DNA from: Thermoplasmata archaeon
Lineage (GTDB): Archaea > Thermoplasmatota > E2 > DHVEG-1
Direction: 5' to 3'
DNA: 64,000 nucleotides
Assembly (NCBI GenBank): GCA_020054495.1
Contig: JAHWGK010000003.1
Coordinates: 13,312-77,311, forward strand
Below are positions 20,435-29,426 of this stretch, in pieces (within the stretch, counting starts at the first letter, position 1; the number at the start of each line of letters is the position of its first letter). The notes under the pieces are model-generated. The model saw only the letters and a program-made list of their open reading frames with translations. It was not told the origin of the DNA and made no database searches. A program made the translations under genes and the position numbers.

Positions 20435-21060
20435 AATTTGTATCACTTATATCAAGCGGTATTGACTCCCCGGTTGCTACTTACCTTCTTTTAAAAAAAG
20501 CAGAAGAAATGATTCTCATTCATGGAGATATTAGACCTTTCACTGATGATCGAGAAATAGAAAATTTTACACGACTTGCAAAGCATCTTAAAAGATACAC
20601 GTCTAGTCCTATAAAGATCTATTTGATTAACCATGGAGAGAATCTTAATGTTTTTAAACAAAATTGCAACAACAGGTTTACTTGTGTATTTTGTAAGCGT
20701 ATGTTTCTCAGGTACGCAGAAAAAATAGCTAAAAAAGAAGGGGCTGAGGCTATTATTATGGGTGATTCTCTTGGACAGGTTGCCTCTCAAACACTTCAAA
20801 ACATTCGAACAATCGAACAAGCAGTAAACATTCCAATTTTGAGGCCTCTTATAGGTTTTGATAAGGATGAAGTAGTAAATATTTCAAAGGAAATTGGTAC
20901 GTATGCTCTTTCAATTCTCCCCTCGAATGGCTGTAATGCTGTACCAAATAAACCTGCTACAAAAGCAAAATTAGAAATTGTTTTAGATGAGGAAAGTAAA
21001 ATAGATATCAATAAATTATTAAAAAAAGCAGTGGAAGAGTCAGAATTGATCTCTATCTGA
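20431..21060 (+). CDS. ThiI-like PP-loop sulfurtransferase domain without THUMP/NFLD domains
   Basis: SSGIDSPVA PP-loop, CVFCKR (CxxC), GDSLGQVASQTLQN, RPLIGFDKDE and a third Cys (NGCNAVP). ATGA overlap with cutA. Confidence 0.7.
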   Translation: MKFVSLISSGIDSPVATYLLLKKAEEMILIHGDIRPFTDDREIENFTRLAKHLKRYTSSPIKIYLINHGENLNVFKQNCNNRFTCVFCKRMFLRYAEKIAKKEGAEAIIMGDSLGQVASQTLQNIRTIEQAVNIPILRPLIGFDKDEVVNISKEIGTYALSILPSNGCNAVPNKPATKAKLEIVLDEESKIDINKLLKKAVEESELISI

Positions 21061-21210
21061 ACTTATTTTTTCTGTTTTGAAACAAAAATAATAGAATTAT
21101 AGTCTTATATGTAACAAAAACTATTAATTCTATAAATCGACTTTGCATAAAAAATAGATAATTATTGTCAAAAGTCGGTAAAATCAAAAAGCTTAAATAT
21201 CATACATAGC

Positions 21211-21226
21211 ATACAATATGCTGTAG
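21211..21226 (+). promoter_or_regulatory. NrdR box 1
   Basis: ATACAATATGCTGTAG resembles the 16-bp NrdR-box palindrome (acaCwAtATaTwGtgt). Confidence 0.55.
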
Positions 21227-21241
21227 GTTAAAGTTTTTGAG

Positions 21242-21257
21242 ATACAATATGTTGTAT
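21242..21257 (+). promoter_or_regulatory. NrdR box 2
   Basis: ATACAATATGTTGTAT lies within the 16/18 palindrome GATACAATATGTTGTATC. It is 31 bp centre-to-centre from box 1 and 26 bp before the nrdR ATG. Confidence 0.6.
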
Positions 21258-21282
21258 CTTAGACATATCTGGTGTGATGGGA

Positions 21283-21753
21283 ATGGAGTGTCCATATTGT
21301 AATCATATTGAAACCAAAGTAACAGACTCCCGTGATACCGGGACGTACACAATTCGTAGAAGGCGAGAGTGCCTCAAATGTAACAAACGATTCACGACCT
21401 ATGAATACATTGAATTAACCCCCGTATACATTAGAAAGAAAGATGGACGTTTAGAAAAATTTGATAGAAACAAAATCAAAAATGGAATAATAAAGGCACT
21501 GGAGAAAAGACCAGTTAGCCATGATAAAATTGAAGAACTCCTTGAAAAAATCGAGGAAAAAATCCGAAGAAATGGAAAAGAAGAAATTGAAAGCAAAATA
21601 ATAGGTGAATATGTAATGGAACAACTTAAAGAAGTAGATCATGTGGCCTATATCCGATTCGCATCTGTATATCGACAGTTTACAGATGTTTCTTCTTTCC
21701 AAGAAGAGGTTAAAAATTTAATTAAACAAACAACAGGCGGGGTAAAAAAATGA
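21283..21753 (+). CDS. nrdR: Transcriptional repressor NrdR (zinc ribbon + ATP-cone)
   Basis: MECPYC...CLKC zinc ribbon, then an ATP-cone (VIKKDGR.E.FDR.KI...AYIRFASVY). Confidence 0.9.
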   Translation: MECPYCNHIETKVTDSRDTGTYTIRRRRECLKCNKRFTTYEYIELTPVYIRKKDGRLEKFDRNKIKNGIIKALEKRPVSHDKIEELLEKIEEKIRRNGKEEIESKIIGEYVMEQLKEVDHVAYIRFASVYRQFTDVSSFQEEVKNLIKQTTGGVKK

Positions 21754-23891
21754 TACGAAAAATAATGAAAAGAGATGGGAAAATTGCAGACTTCAATCCA
21801 ATACAAATAACAAATGCTATTTGGAAAGCCGCACAAGCCGTAGGTGGAAAAGATCACAGGAAAGCAGCAGAGCTTACTGATAAAGCCCTTGAACTGCTTG
21901 AAAAAGAACTAAAAAAAGGGGAAATTCCAACAGTTGAACAAGTTCAGGATATAGTTGAAAAAACCCTAATTGAAGACGGCCATGCAAGAACTGCTAAAGC
22001 CTATATTCTCTATAGGAAACAACATACTGATATCCGTGAAGTAGGAGGACTGTTGAAGGATATCGATGTCGTAGATGGATATCTCTCTATGATGGATTGG
22101 AAGGTTAATGAAAACAGTAACATGAGCTACTCTTTGCAGGGTTTGAATGTTTATGCTACAGAAAACATTGTTTCAAACTATTGGCTTAATAAAATCTATC
22201 CACCTGAAATTGGACAAGCACATATGAATGGTGATTATCATATTCATGATCTTGGAACACTTGGCGCATACTGTGTCGGCTGGGATTTAAAAGATATATT
22301 ACTTCTTGGTTTCCGCGGTGTATCTGGTAAAATAGAAAGTAAACCAGCAAAACACTTTGGAACCGCCTTGATGCAAATTGTAAACTATCTTTACACGCTT
22401 CAGGGGGAAGCAGCGGGGGCGCAAGCACTTTCTAATTTTGATAGTTTACTTGCTCCCTTTGTTTCTCATGATGATTTAAACTATGACCAGGTCAAACAAG
22501 AAATGCAGAAGTTTTTGTTTAACATGAATGTCCCTACTCGTGTTGGTTTCCAAAGCCCATTTACAAACATTACAATGGATCTCACAGTCCCAAGTTACAT
22601 GGTTGACGAACCCGCAATTATTGGCGGAGATCTCATGGACGATAACTTCAGTGATTATGTTGATGAAATGAATATAATAAATCATGCTTTTGCTGAAATC
22701 ATGCATGGTGGTGATGCAAAAGGACGACCGTTTACGTTTCCAATTCCAACATATAACATTACAAAGGATTTCGACTGGGATAACGATGGACTAGATCCAA
22801 TCTGGGAAATGACTGCTAAATATGGAGTACCATACTTTTCAAACTTTATAAACTCGGATATGAAACCAGATGATGCTAGGAGTATGTGTTGTCGTTTGCG
22901 CTTGGACAATAGGGAACTCCGCAAACGTGGAGGTGGTCTATTTGGTGCAAACCCAAAAACAGGAAGCATCGGTGTTGTAACAATAAATATGCCAAGAATC
23001 GGATACCTTGCTAAAGATGAAAAAGACTACCTTGAACGCCTTGACAAATTGATGGAACTTGCAAAAGAAAGCCTTATTGTCAAAAGAGAAGTAATTGAAA
23101 ACCTAACTTTTAGCGGACTGCATCCATACTCTAGGTTTTATTTAAATGATGTCAAAAAAACATTTGGTGAATATTGGAAGAACCATTTCAGTACTATTGG
23201 CCTCATCGGCATGAACGATGCATTGCTTAACTTTATGAACAAAAACATTGGTGACCCGGAGGGTAAAAAGTTTGCAGAAAAAGTCATGGATTATATGAGA
23301 GAGAAAATGGCTGATTTTCAACAAGAAACTGGTGATATCTATAACCTGGAAGCAACACCTGCGGAGGGTGCAAGTTATCGCCTTGCAAGACTGGATAAAG
23401 CAAAACACCCAGATATTCGGACATATAACCAAGAATTTTATGGAAATGGTAGAAAAGTAGAACCATACTATACCAACTCGACGCAGCTGCCAGTAGGCTT
23501 TACTAATGACGTTTTTGAAGCACTTGATTTGCAAGATAACTTACAGTCGAAATATACTGGTGGAACAGTATTGCACGTATTTCTAGGCGAAAACGGACTA
23601 GACCCAACTGCAACAAAGAAACTAGTTAGGAAAATAGCGGAAAATTACACGCTACCATACTATACGATGACACCAACATTTAGTGTTTGCCCGGATCACG
23701 GATATCTCGCTGGTGAACATACCACATGCCCAAAATGTCAAAAAGAAAACAAAGCAACAGAGTGCGAAGTCTATTCACGTGTTGTTGGTTATCTACGACC
23801 AGTACGTCAATGGAATCGTGGTAAACAAAGAGAATTTAATGATCGTAAAATGTTTGACATGACGGAAAAACAAGTAATGGTAAAGGCATGA
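21750..23891 (+). CDS. nrdD: Anaerobic ribonucleoside-triphosphate reductase (class III)
   Basis: N-terminal ATP-cone, SMCCRLRL finger-loop-like motif, C-terminal Zn site (CPDHG...CPKC...C) and glycyl-radical motif SRVVGYLRP. ATGA overlap with nrdR. Confidence 0.95.
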   Translation: MIRKIMKRDGKIADFNPIQITNAIWKAAQAVGGKDHRKAAELTDKALELLEKELKKGEIPTVEQVQDIVEKTLIEDGHARTAKAYILYRKQHTDIREVGGLLKDIDVVDGYLSMMDWKVNENSNMSYSLQGLNVYATENIVSNYWLNKIYPPEIGQAHMNGDYHIHDLGTLGAYCVGWDLKDILLLGFRGVSGKIESKPAKHFGTALMQIVNYLYTLQGEAAGAQALSNFDSLLAPFVSHDDLNYDQVKQEMQKFLFNMNVPTRVGFQSPFTNITMDLTVPSYMVDEPAIIGGDLMDDNFSDYVDEMNIINHAFAEIMHGGDAKGRPFTFPIPTYNITKDFDWDNDGLDPIWEMTAKYGVPYFSNFINSDMKPDDARSMCCRLRLDNRELRKRGGGLFGANPKTGSIGVVTINMPRIGYLAKDEKDYLERLDKLMELAKESLIVKREVIENLTFSGLHPYSRFYLNDVKKTFGEYWKNHFSTIGLIGMNDALLNFMNKNIGDPEGKKFAEKVMDYMREKMADFQQETGDIYNLEATPAEGASYRLARLDKAKHPDIRTYNQEFYGNGRKVEPYYTNSTQLPVGFTNDVFEALDLQDNLQSKYTGGTVLHVFLGENGLDPTATKKLVRKIAENYTLPYYTMTPTFSVCPDHGYLAGEHTTCPKCQKENKATECEVYSRVVGYLRPVRQWNRGKQREFNDRKMFDMTEKQVMVKA

Positions 23892-24580
23892 ATATAGGGG
23901 GCTTGCAAAAAACATCATTGTTGGATTACCCTAACACCATTAGTGCTATAATCTGGACCGTAGGTTGCAATTTCAAGTGTCCATTCTGCTATAATAAAAA
24001 TCTTGTTGAAGGTGAAGTAGGATTAGTTCGTGAAGAGGAAATTCTATCCTTTCTTAAATTACGGAAAGGAATGTTAGAAGGGTTGGTTATTTCAGGTGGG
24101 GAGCCACTTTTACAAGAAGATATTATTGATTTTACAAAGAAAGTAAAGAATCTAGGATATCTCATAAAAATCGATACGAACGGCATGTTTCCTGAGAAAC
24201 TCAAAGAGCTTATTGATAAAAAATTGGTTGACTATGTATCAATGGATGTCAAAGCACCAAAAAAGAAATATGATCGGCTTGCTGGTGCAAAAACCGATAT
24301 TTCTAAAATTGAAAAATCCATTGATATCATAAGAAACCATGCACCTGACTATGAATTTAAAACTACGTTTGCACCGGGCCTTCTTGATAAGAAAGATCTC
24401 GTTGAAATTGCAAAATGGTTAGAAGGGTCTAAACGATTTTATCTTCAGCAATTCAAAGGCGATACGCCTTTAATTTCATCAAAATTAAACAATGTTACAC
24501 CATATCCTAAGGAAGATCTCGTTAAAACATTGGAAGAGATAAAACCATTTTTTAAAAACTGTGATGTACGAGGTATTTAG
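23888..24580 (+). CDS. nrdG: Class III RNR activating enzyme (radical SAM)
   Basis: GCNFKCPFCYN (Cx3Cx2C). ATGA overlap with nrdD. Confidence 0.9.
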   Translation: MNIGGLQKTSLLDYPNTISAIIWTVGCNFKCPFCYNKNLVEGEVGLVREEEILSFLKLRKGMLEGLVISGGEPLLQEDIIDFTKKVKNLGYLIKIDTNGMFPEKLKELIDKKLVDYVSMDVKAPKKKYDRLAGAKTDISKIEKSIDIIRNHAPDYEFKTTFAPGLLDKKDLVEIAKWLEGSKRFYLQQFKGDTPLISSKLNNVTPYPKEDLVKTLEEIKPFFKNCDVRGI

Positions 24581-24582
24581 AC

Positions 24583-25017
24583 ATGATATGCGAGGAACTT
24601 ATCCGGGATATGGAACTGGCTCGGGAGGTATTATCAAAAACAGATTGTTCTATTGCGGTAATTAGTTACGGGAAGATTTGGAAGCAGAAAACAGGAGACG
24701 GTATTGGGCCAATACTAGAAACAATAGAGGAGATGGGGGAGAATATCTACGATTCTGTAATTGGCAATAGATTTCTTGGAAGAGCATCAGCTCTTCTATG
24801 TAGATATGCAAAGGCTCAGGCAGTTTATTCTCCACAAGGAACCAAAACCGGAATTGCTCTTCTTATCATGGGTGGTATTCCATGTCAGGTTGATGAATTG
24901 ATACCACAAAATGTGATTACAGAAACTGAAAACAATTTACCTTTTGAAAAACTTCTAAAAGATGTTACTTCTCCTGAAGAAGCATATAATGTTCTAAAAG
25001 AAAAAGTTTTGAAATAA
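24583..25017 (+). CDS. DUF1893 (TM1506-like) protein
   Basis: VIGNRFLGRASALL...AVYSPQGTKTGIALL..GGI...PFEKLL....SPEEA pattern. It starts 2 bp after the nrdG stop. Confidence 0.5.
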   Translation: MICEELIRDMELAREVLSKTDCSIAVISYGKIWKQKTGDGIGPILETIEEMGENIYDSVIGNRFLGRASALLCRYAKAQAVYSPQGTKTGIALLIMGGIPCQVDELIPQNVITETENNLPFEKLLKDVTSPEEAYNVLKEKVLK

Positions 25018-25050
25018 AGAGCTAAATATTACCTAATCATTGAGGGTAGC

Positions 25051-25971
25051 ATGGATTATGAATTAGCAATAATTGGAGCAGGGCCTGCAGGCTATTCAGC
25101 AGCAATCTATGCAGTTCGAGCTGGGATAAAACCACTTGTTCTGGATAAAGGATTTGGGGGAGGCCTTGCAGCAATTTCACCAAATATTGAAAACTACCCT
25201 GGATTTGAATCCATTTCAGGAATGGATTTGGTAGAAAAAATGAAGAGCCATGCAAGCAAATATACAAATATCAATTTAAATGAAGAAGTTAAAAAAATTG
25301 AAAGATCAAAGGAAGAATTTACAATCATAACTAATAAAGAAACATACAGCGTCAAAGCTATTATTCTATGTACCGGGACAGATTATAAAAAACTTGGTGC
25401 TCCAGGTGAAAAAGAATTGACCGGCAAAGGCGTTACCTACTGTGCGACCTGTGATGGTTATTTTTTTAAAGATAAAAAAGTAGCAGTTATAGGTGGTGGA
25501 AATACTGCTCTAATTGAAGCCATTTTTTTGAAACAGATTGGTTGCAAGGCAGTTTATGTGATTCACAGAAGAGATAAATTACGCGCTGAAAAAGCATATG
25601 AAGATGAGGCTATAAAAAAGGGGGTTCAAATTGTTTATCAAACTCACGTAGAATCAATAAATGGTGATCAAAAAGTAGAATATCTTGAAATTCATGATGT
25701 TAAAACTGATAAAATATCAAAATTCCCTGTTGATGGCGTATTTATATCAATTGGTGAAGAACCTCATAATGATTTAGCCAAAGCTCTAGGTGTAAAATTG
25801 GATGAAAGAGGTTTTATTATTACAGATAGACAACAACGAACTAATGTTAAAGGTGTTTATGCTGCTGGTGATATTACAGGCGGTTTAAGACAGGTTGTTA
25901 CTGCATGTTCTGAGGGCGCAGTTGCAGTTCTTTCCTCTATAGAAGTTTTAGGTAAAAAATATCCCTATTAA
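25051..25971 (+). CDS. trxB: Thioredoxin-disulfide reductase
   Basis: IIGAGPAGYSAAIY, CATCDG redox centre, GGGNTA and AAGD. Confidence 0.9.
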   Translation: MDYELAIIGAGPAGYSAAIYAVRAGIKPLVLDKGFGGGLAAISPNIENYPGFESISGMDLVEKMKSHASKYTNINLNEEVKKIERSKEEFTIITNKETYSVKAIILCTGTDYKKLGAPGEKELTGKGVTYCATCDGYFFKDKKVAVIGGGNTALIEAIFLKQIGCKAVYVIHRRDKLRAEKAYEDEAIKKGVQIVYQTHVESINGDQKVEYLEIHDVKTDKISKFPVDGVFISIGEEPHNDLAKALGVKLDERGFIITDRQQRTNVKGVYAAGDITGGLRQVVTACSEGAVAVLSSIEVLGKKYPY

Positions 25972-26137
25972 TTTTACTAGGAGAATGTTTGCCTTACAAA
26001 TTTGAAATAATATTTAGGATTATTCTCTTTTAGATAACTTAGATATCAAGATATTTGATAAATACTGTTTAAAAAGTATATTGAAAAAATATTTAAATGG
26101 TTTTCTTTTATTCATAACAATAGGGAGGTGTAAAAAT

Positions 26138-29100
26138 ATGAAAAAGAAAATTACAGGTATATTTGTTTGTATATTAATGATCGGCAGTGTTTTAGTAGGA
26201 ACCGGTGTAAGTGAAAAAGGGGAAACAGGTTTTTTTATTATAAGAAGCAATACAATTCATGTAAATTTACCAGCCGGAACATATGAAATTGAAAATACAG
26301 AGTATGGAGATGAAATTTCAATTGAAAATTTTGGTCGGTTATTAGTTCCAGGTAAACCCAATTTACCGTCAAAGATATTTTCGATTGCTATACCTCCTGG
26401 AGCTGAAGTTGCCGGTGTCAGCATTAAAACGTTAGATGGAGTAATTCTTCCAGGCAATTATAATGTTCCACCAGTGTCTTTGCCAAGAGTAGTAGGTGAG
26501 GAAAACCCTGCAGTTTATAAGGAAGAACAAAAAACATATGCAAAAAACTTTAACACAGTATATTCAAGCGATGAACCATATCCTTCTTCCAATGTTGAGT
26601 TTGTAAGAACTGCTGGTTTTAGGAAATATAACTTGGTTGATGTAAGAGTTAATCCGTTTACATATTTTCCTTTATCTGGTCAATTAATGTATTATCCTGA
26701 AATAGATATTTTTGTGAGTTATAAGTTTCCTGAAGGGTATTCAACCGATGATATAATGGTCGATGATCTCCAAGATATGGAAAAAAGGGCAGAAAGAATT
26801 ATTCTGAATTATGATCAGGCTAAAGCTTGGTATCCAAGCGGTCCATTGGGCCGGGATACATATGATTATGTTATCATCACCCTTGATTCGTTGACATCCT
26901 CAGTAACTTCATTAGTCAATTGGGAGGAATCTAAAGGAAAGAGCGTAAATGTTGTGACTACTTCTTGGATCGATTCCAATTATGCCGGCTATGATCTTGC
27001 TGAAAAAATAAGAAACTTCCTGCGGGATAAATACCCCGCAAATGAATGGGGTATTGAAGATGTCTGCCTTGTTGGGCATTATGATGATGTACCCATGCGT
27101 CGTTGTGAGCAAAATACAGGATATGGTAAACCTGAGACTGATTATTATTATGCAGAGCTTTCTCTACCTGATAGTCAGTCTTGGGATGCTGATGGCGATC
27201 ACAAATATGGTGAAGACTCTGATCCTATTGATTTCTATGCAGAAGTGAATGTTGGCAGGATTCCATGGAGTAGTTCTTCAACAGTTTCAAGTATTTGTGA
27301 AAAATCTGTTGCCTATGAACAAAATAGTGATCCTGCTTTTAAGAAAAATATTCTACTTCTTGGTGCGTTTTTCTGGTCTGACACTGATAATGCAGTATTA
27401 ATGGAGGAAAAGGTTGATCAATCATGGATGTCTGATTGGACAATGACTCGCATGTATGAGCAGGGCTATTCGACATATCCGAGTGACTACAATCTTGACT
27501 ATAATACCGTGAAGTCAGTTTGGTCAGCAGGTTCATATGCTTTTGTAAACTGGGCAGGTCATGGTTCCCCAACTTCTTGTCACGTAATGTACTCTAAAGG
27601 CAGTGCATTTGTCGACTCAAATACTTGTCCCTATCTTAATGATAACTACCCAGCTATTATTTTTGCGGATGCTTGTAGTAATTCAGATACAGATTATCTT
27701 AATATTGGTCAGGCTATGTTAAAGCAGGGTGCTGTTGGATTCCTTGGTGCTACTAAAGTTGCCTATGGACTTCATAATTGGAATGATCCCTATGATGGTT
27801 CAGGTCAGTCGATGGATTATTTCTTTACAACCAAAGTGACATCTGGAGATTACACACAAGGGGAGGCTCATCAATGGGCTCTTCTTGAGATGTATACAAA
27901 CAATCTATGGTATCAGACTAAATATGAAATGTTTGAGTGGGGTGCATTATGGGGCAATCCTGATCTTGGAATGGAATCGGTTCCAGGGGAAAATCTTCCA
28001 CCAAATGAACCAAGTAATCCAAATCCATGGGATGGCTTAACAGGTGTAGATGCTGATGCTGATTTAAGCTGGACTTGTAGTGATCCAAATGGTGATCCTT
28101 TGACTTATGATGTATATTTTGGCACTGTAAATCCACCAATAAATATTGTTTCTTCTGGTCAAAGTGGAACTACTTATGATCCTGGAACTATGACCGCTGG
28201 TGAAACATATTACTGGAAAATTGTAGCAGAAGATGATGAGGGTCTAACTACTGAGGGTCCTGTATGGAGTTTTACTGTATTTATAAACAGCCCTCCAAAT
28301 CAACCTAGCAATCCAGATCCATACGCTGGGGAAACTAATGTAGATGTTGAAACTGATTTGAGTTGGACTTGTAGTGATCCTGATGGTGATTCATTAGTAT
28401 ATGATGTGTATTTAGAGGCTAATGATCAATCTCCTGATGTTTTAGTATCATATCATCAGTCGCAACCTTATTATGATCCTCCAAATCCACTTGAGTATGA
28501 AACTCATTATTGGTGGCGGATTGTCGCCTGGGATTCATTTGGTGAAAGCACCTCTGGGCCTAATTGGGATTTATTCACAGGTGAAAAACCCAATGACCCA
28601 CCAAATGAACCAAGTAATCCTTATCCAGGGGATGGCGCAACTGAAATTGATATTGAAGCAGATATTAGTTGGACTTGTAGTGATCCAGATGGAGATGATT
28701 TAACCTACGATGTTTACTTTGAAGCAAATGATCCTAATCCTGATGTGTTGGTTTCTAATGATCAAACTGAAACCACATATGATCCTGGGATAATGATGCC
28801 TGAAACAACGTATTATTGGCAAATTATTGCCAAAGATGAAAATGGAGCATCAGTCCCCAGCTCAATTTGGCATTTTACTACTAAAGAGGTACCAAATCTG
28901 CCACCAAGTGCACCAACCATAGATGGTCCAAACAGTGGGAAACCAGGAATTGAGTATAATTATAAATTAAATGCAGTAGATCCCAATGGTGATGATGTTA
29001 GATACCACATCGACTGGGGGGATATCGGCACAGGTTTAACTGATTTTAATCCTTCAGGTGATGATGTTACAGTAGCACATACTTGGGATGATCAAGGAAC

Positions 29101-29278
29101 TTATACCATAAAAGTAAAAGCCGAAGATTCCAATGGTTTAGTTGGTCCTGAAGCAACGTTAGAGGTTACTATGCCTAGAAACAAAGCAATTATATCACAA
29201 TTCCAATGGCTCCTACAGAGTCATCCAACTCTCTTCTCGATGCTACGGCTGTTATTACAACGAGTAGGACTGCAATAA
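26138..29278 (+). CDS. Secreted C25 (gingipain-like) cysteine peptidase with three FN3/Ig-like repeats, a PKD domain and a non-TM C-terminal tail
   Basis: GGAGGTG RBS, then MKKKITGIFVCILMIGSVLVG signal peptide. Catalytic His (NWAGHGSP) and Cys (IFADACSNS). Three ~100-aa repeats. PKD-like HIDWGD...HTWDDQGTYTIKVKAEDSNG. Confidence 0.85.
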   Translation: MKKKITGIFVCILMIGSVLVGTGVSEKGETGFFIIRSNTIHVNLPAGTYEIENTEYGDEISIENFGRLLVPGKPNLPSKIFSIAIPPGAEVAGVSIKTLDGVILPGNYNVPPVSLPRVVGEENPAVYKEEQKTYAKNFNTVYSSDEPYPSSNVEFVRTAGFRKYNLVDVRVNPFTYFPLSGQLMYYPEIDIFVSYKFPEGYSTDDIMVDDLQDMEKRAERIILNYDQAKAWYPSGPLGRDTYDYVIITLDSLTSSVTSLVNWEESKGKSVNVVTTSWIDSNYAGYDLAEKIRNFLRDKYPANEWGIEDVCLVGHYDDVPMRRCEQNTGYGKPETDYYYAELSLPDSQSWDADGDHKYGEDSDPIDFYAEVNVGRIPWSSSSTVSSICEKSVAYEQNSDPAFKKNILLLGAFFWSDTDNAVLMEEKVDQSWMSDWTMTRMYEQGYSTYPSDYNLDYNTVKSVWSAGSYAFVNWAGHGSPTSCHVMYSKGSAFVDSNTCPYLNDNYPAIIFADACSNSDTDYLNIGQAMLKQGAVGFLGATKVAYGLHNWNDPYDGSGQSMDYFFTTKVTSGDYTQGEAHQWALLEMYTNNLWYQTKYEMFEWGALWGNPDLGMESVPGENLPPNEPSNPNPWDGLTGVDADADLSWTCSDPNGDPLTYDVYFGTVNPPINIVSSGQSGTTYDPGTMTAGETYYWKIVAEDDEGLTTEGPVWSFTVFINSPPNQPSNPDPYAGETNVDVETDLSWTCSDPDGDSLVYDVYLEANDQSPDVLVSYHQSQPYYDPPNPLEYETHYWWRIVAWDSFGESTSGPNWDLFTGEKPNDPPNEPSNPYPGDGATEIDIEADISWTCSDPDGDDLTYDVYFEANDPNPDVLVSNDQTETTYDPGIMMPETTYYWQIIAKDENGASVPSSIWHFTTKEVPNLPPSAPTIDGPNSGKPGIEYNYKLNAVDPNGDDVRYHIDWGDIGTGLTDFNPSGDDVTVAHTWDDQGTYTIKVKAEDSNGLVGPEATLEVTMPRNKAIISQFQWLLQSHPTLFSMLRLLLQRVGLQ
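27998..28882 (+). repeat. Three tandem ~294-306 bp coding repeats (Ig/FN3-like domains) inside the C25 peptidase gene
   Basis: An identical 23-mer CCACCAAATGAACCAAGTAATCC occurs at 27998 and 28598. TGGACTTGTAGTGATCC is present in all three copies. Protein pattern: PPN.PSNP.P..G...V....DLSWTCSDPDGD.L.YDVY. Confidence 0.85.
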
Positions 29279-29332
29279 ACTTTAATCTAACAAATATCTT
29301 CTTATTTTTCTTAGCTGTGAAAGTAGATTAGT

Positions 29333-29358
29333 GCTGGGTGTAGGCTGTATGCCTCGTT
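29333..29358 (+). repeat. Left copy of an imperfect direct repeat flanking the HEPN/MNT cassette
   Basis: GCTGGGTGTAGGCTGTATGCCTCGTT matches 30474-30499 at 21 of 26 positions with an identical GGTGTAGGC core. It is GC-rich against an AT-rich background. Confidence 0.55.
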
Positions 29359-29426
29359 AAGACACCTAAAAATATTGAATTTTTTCTATTTTTAGAAGAC
29401 AGAAGAACCTCAATAGATCTAATATT

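Noticed and set aside
21750-23891. Intein or selenocysteine in NrdD or in the hydrogenase large subunit
   Set aside because: Both reading frames are uninterrupted, of normal length and collinear with the expected motifs. No in-frame TGA is present.
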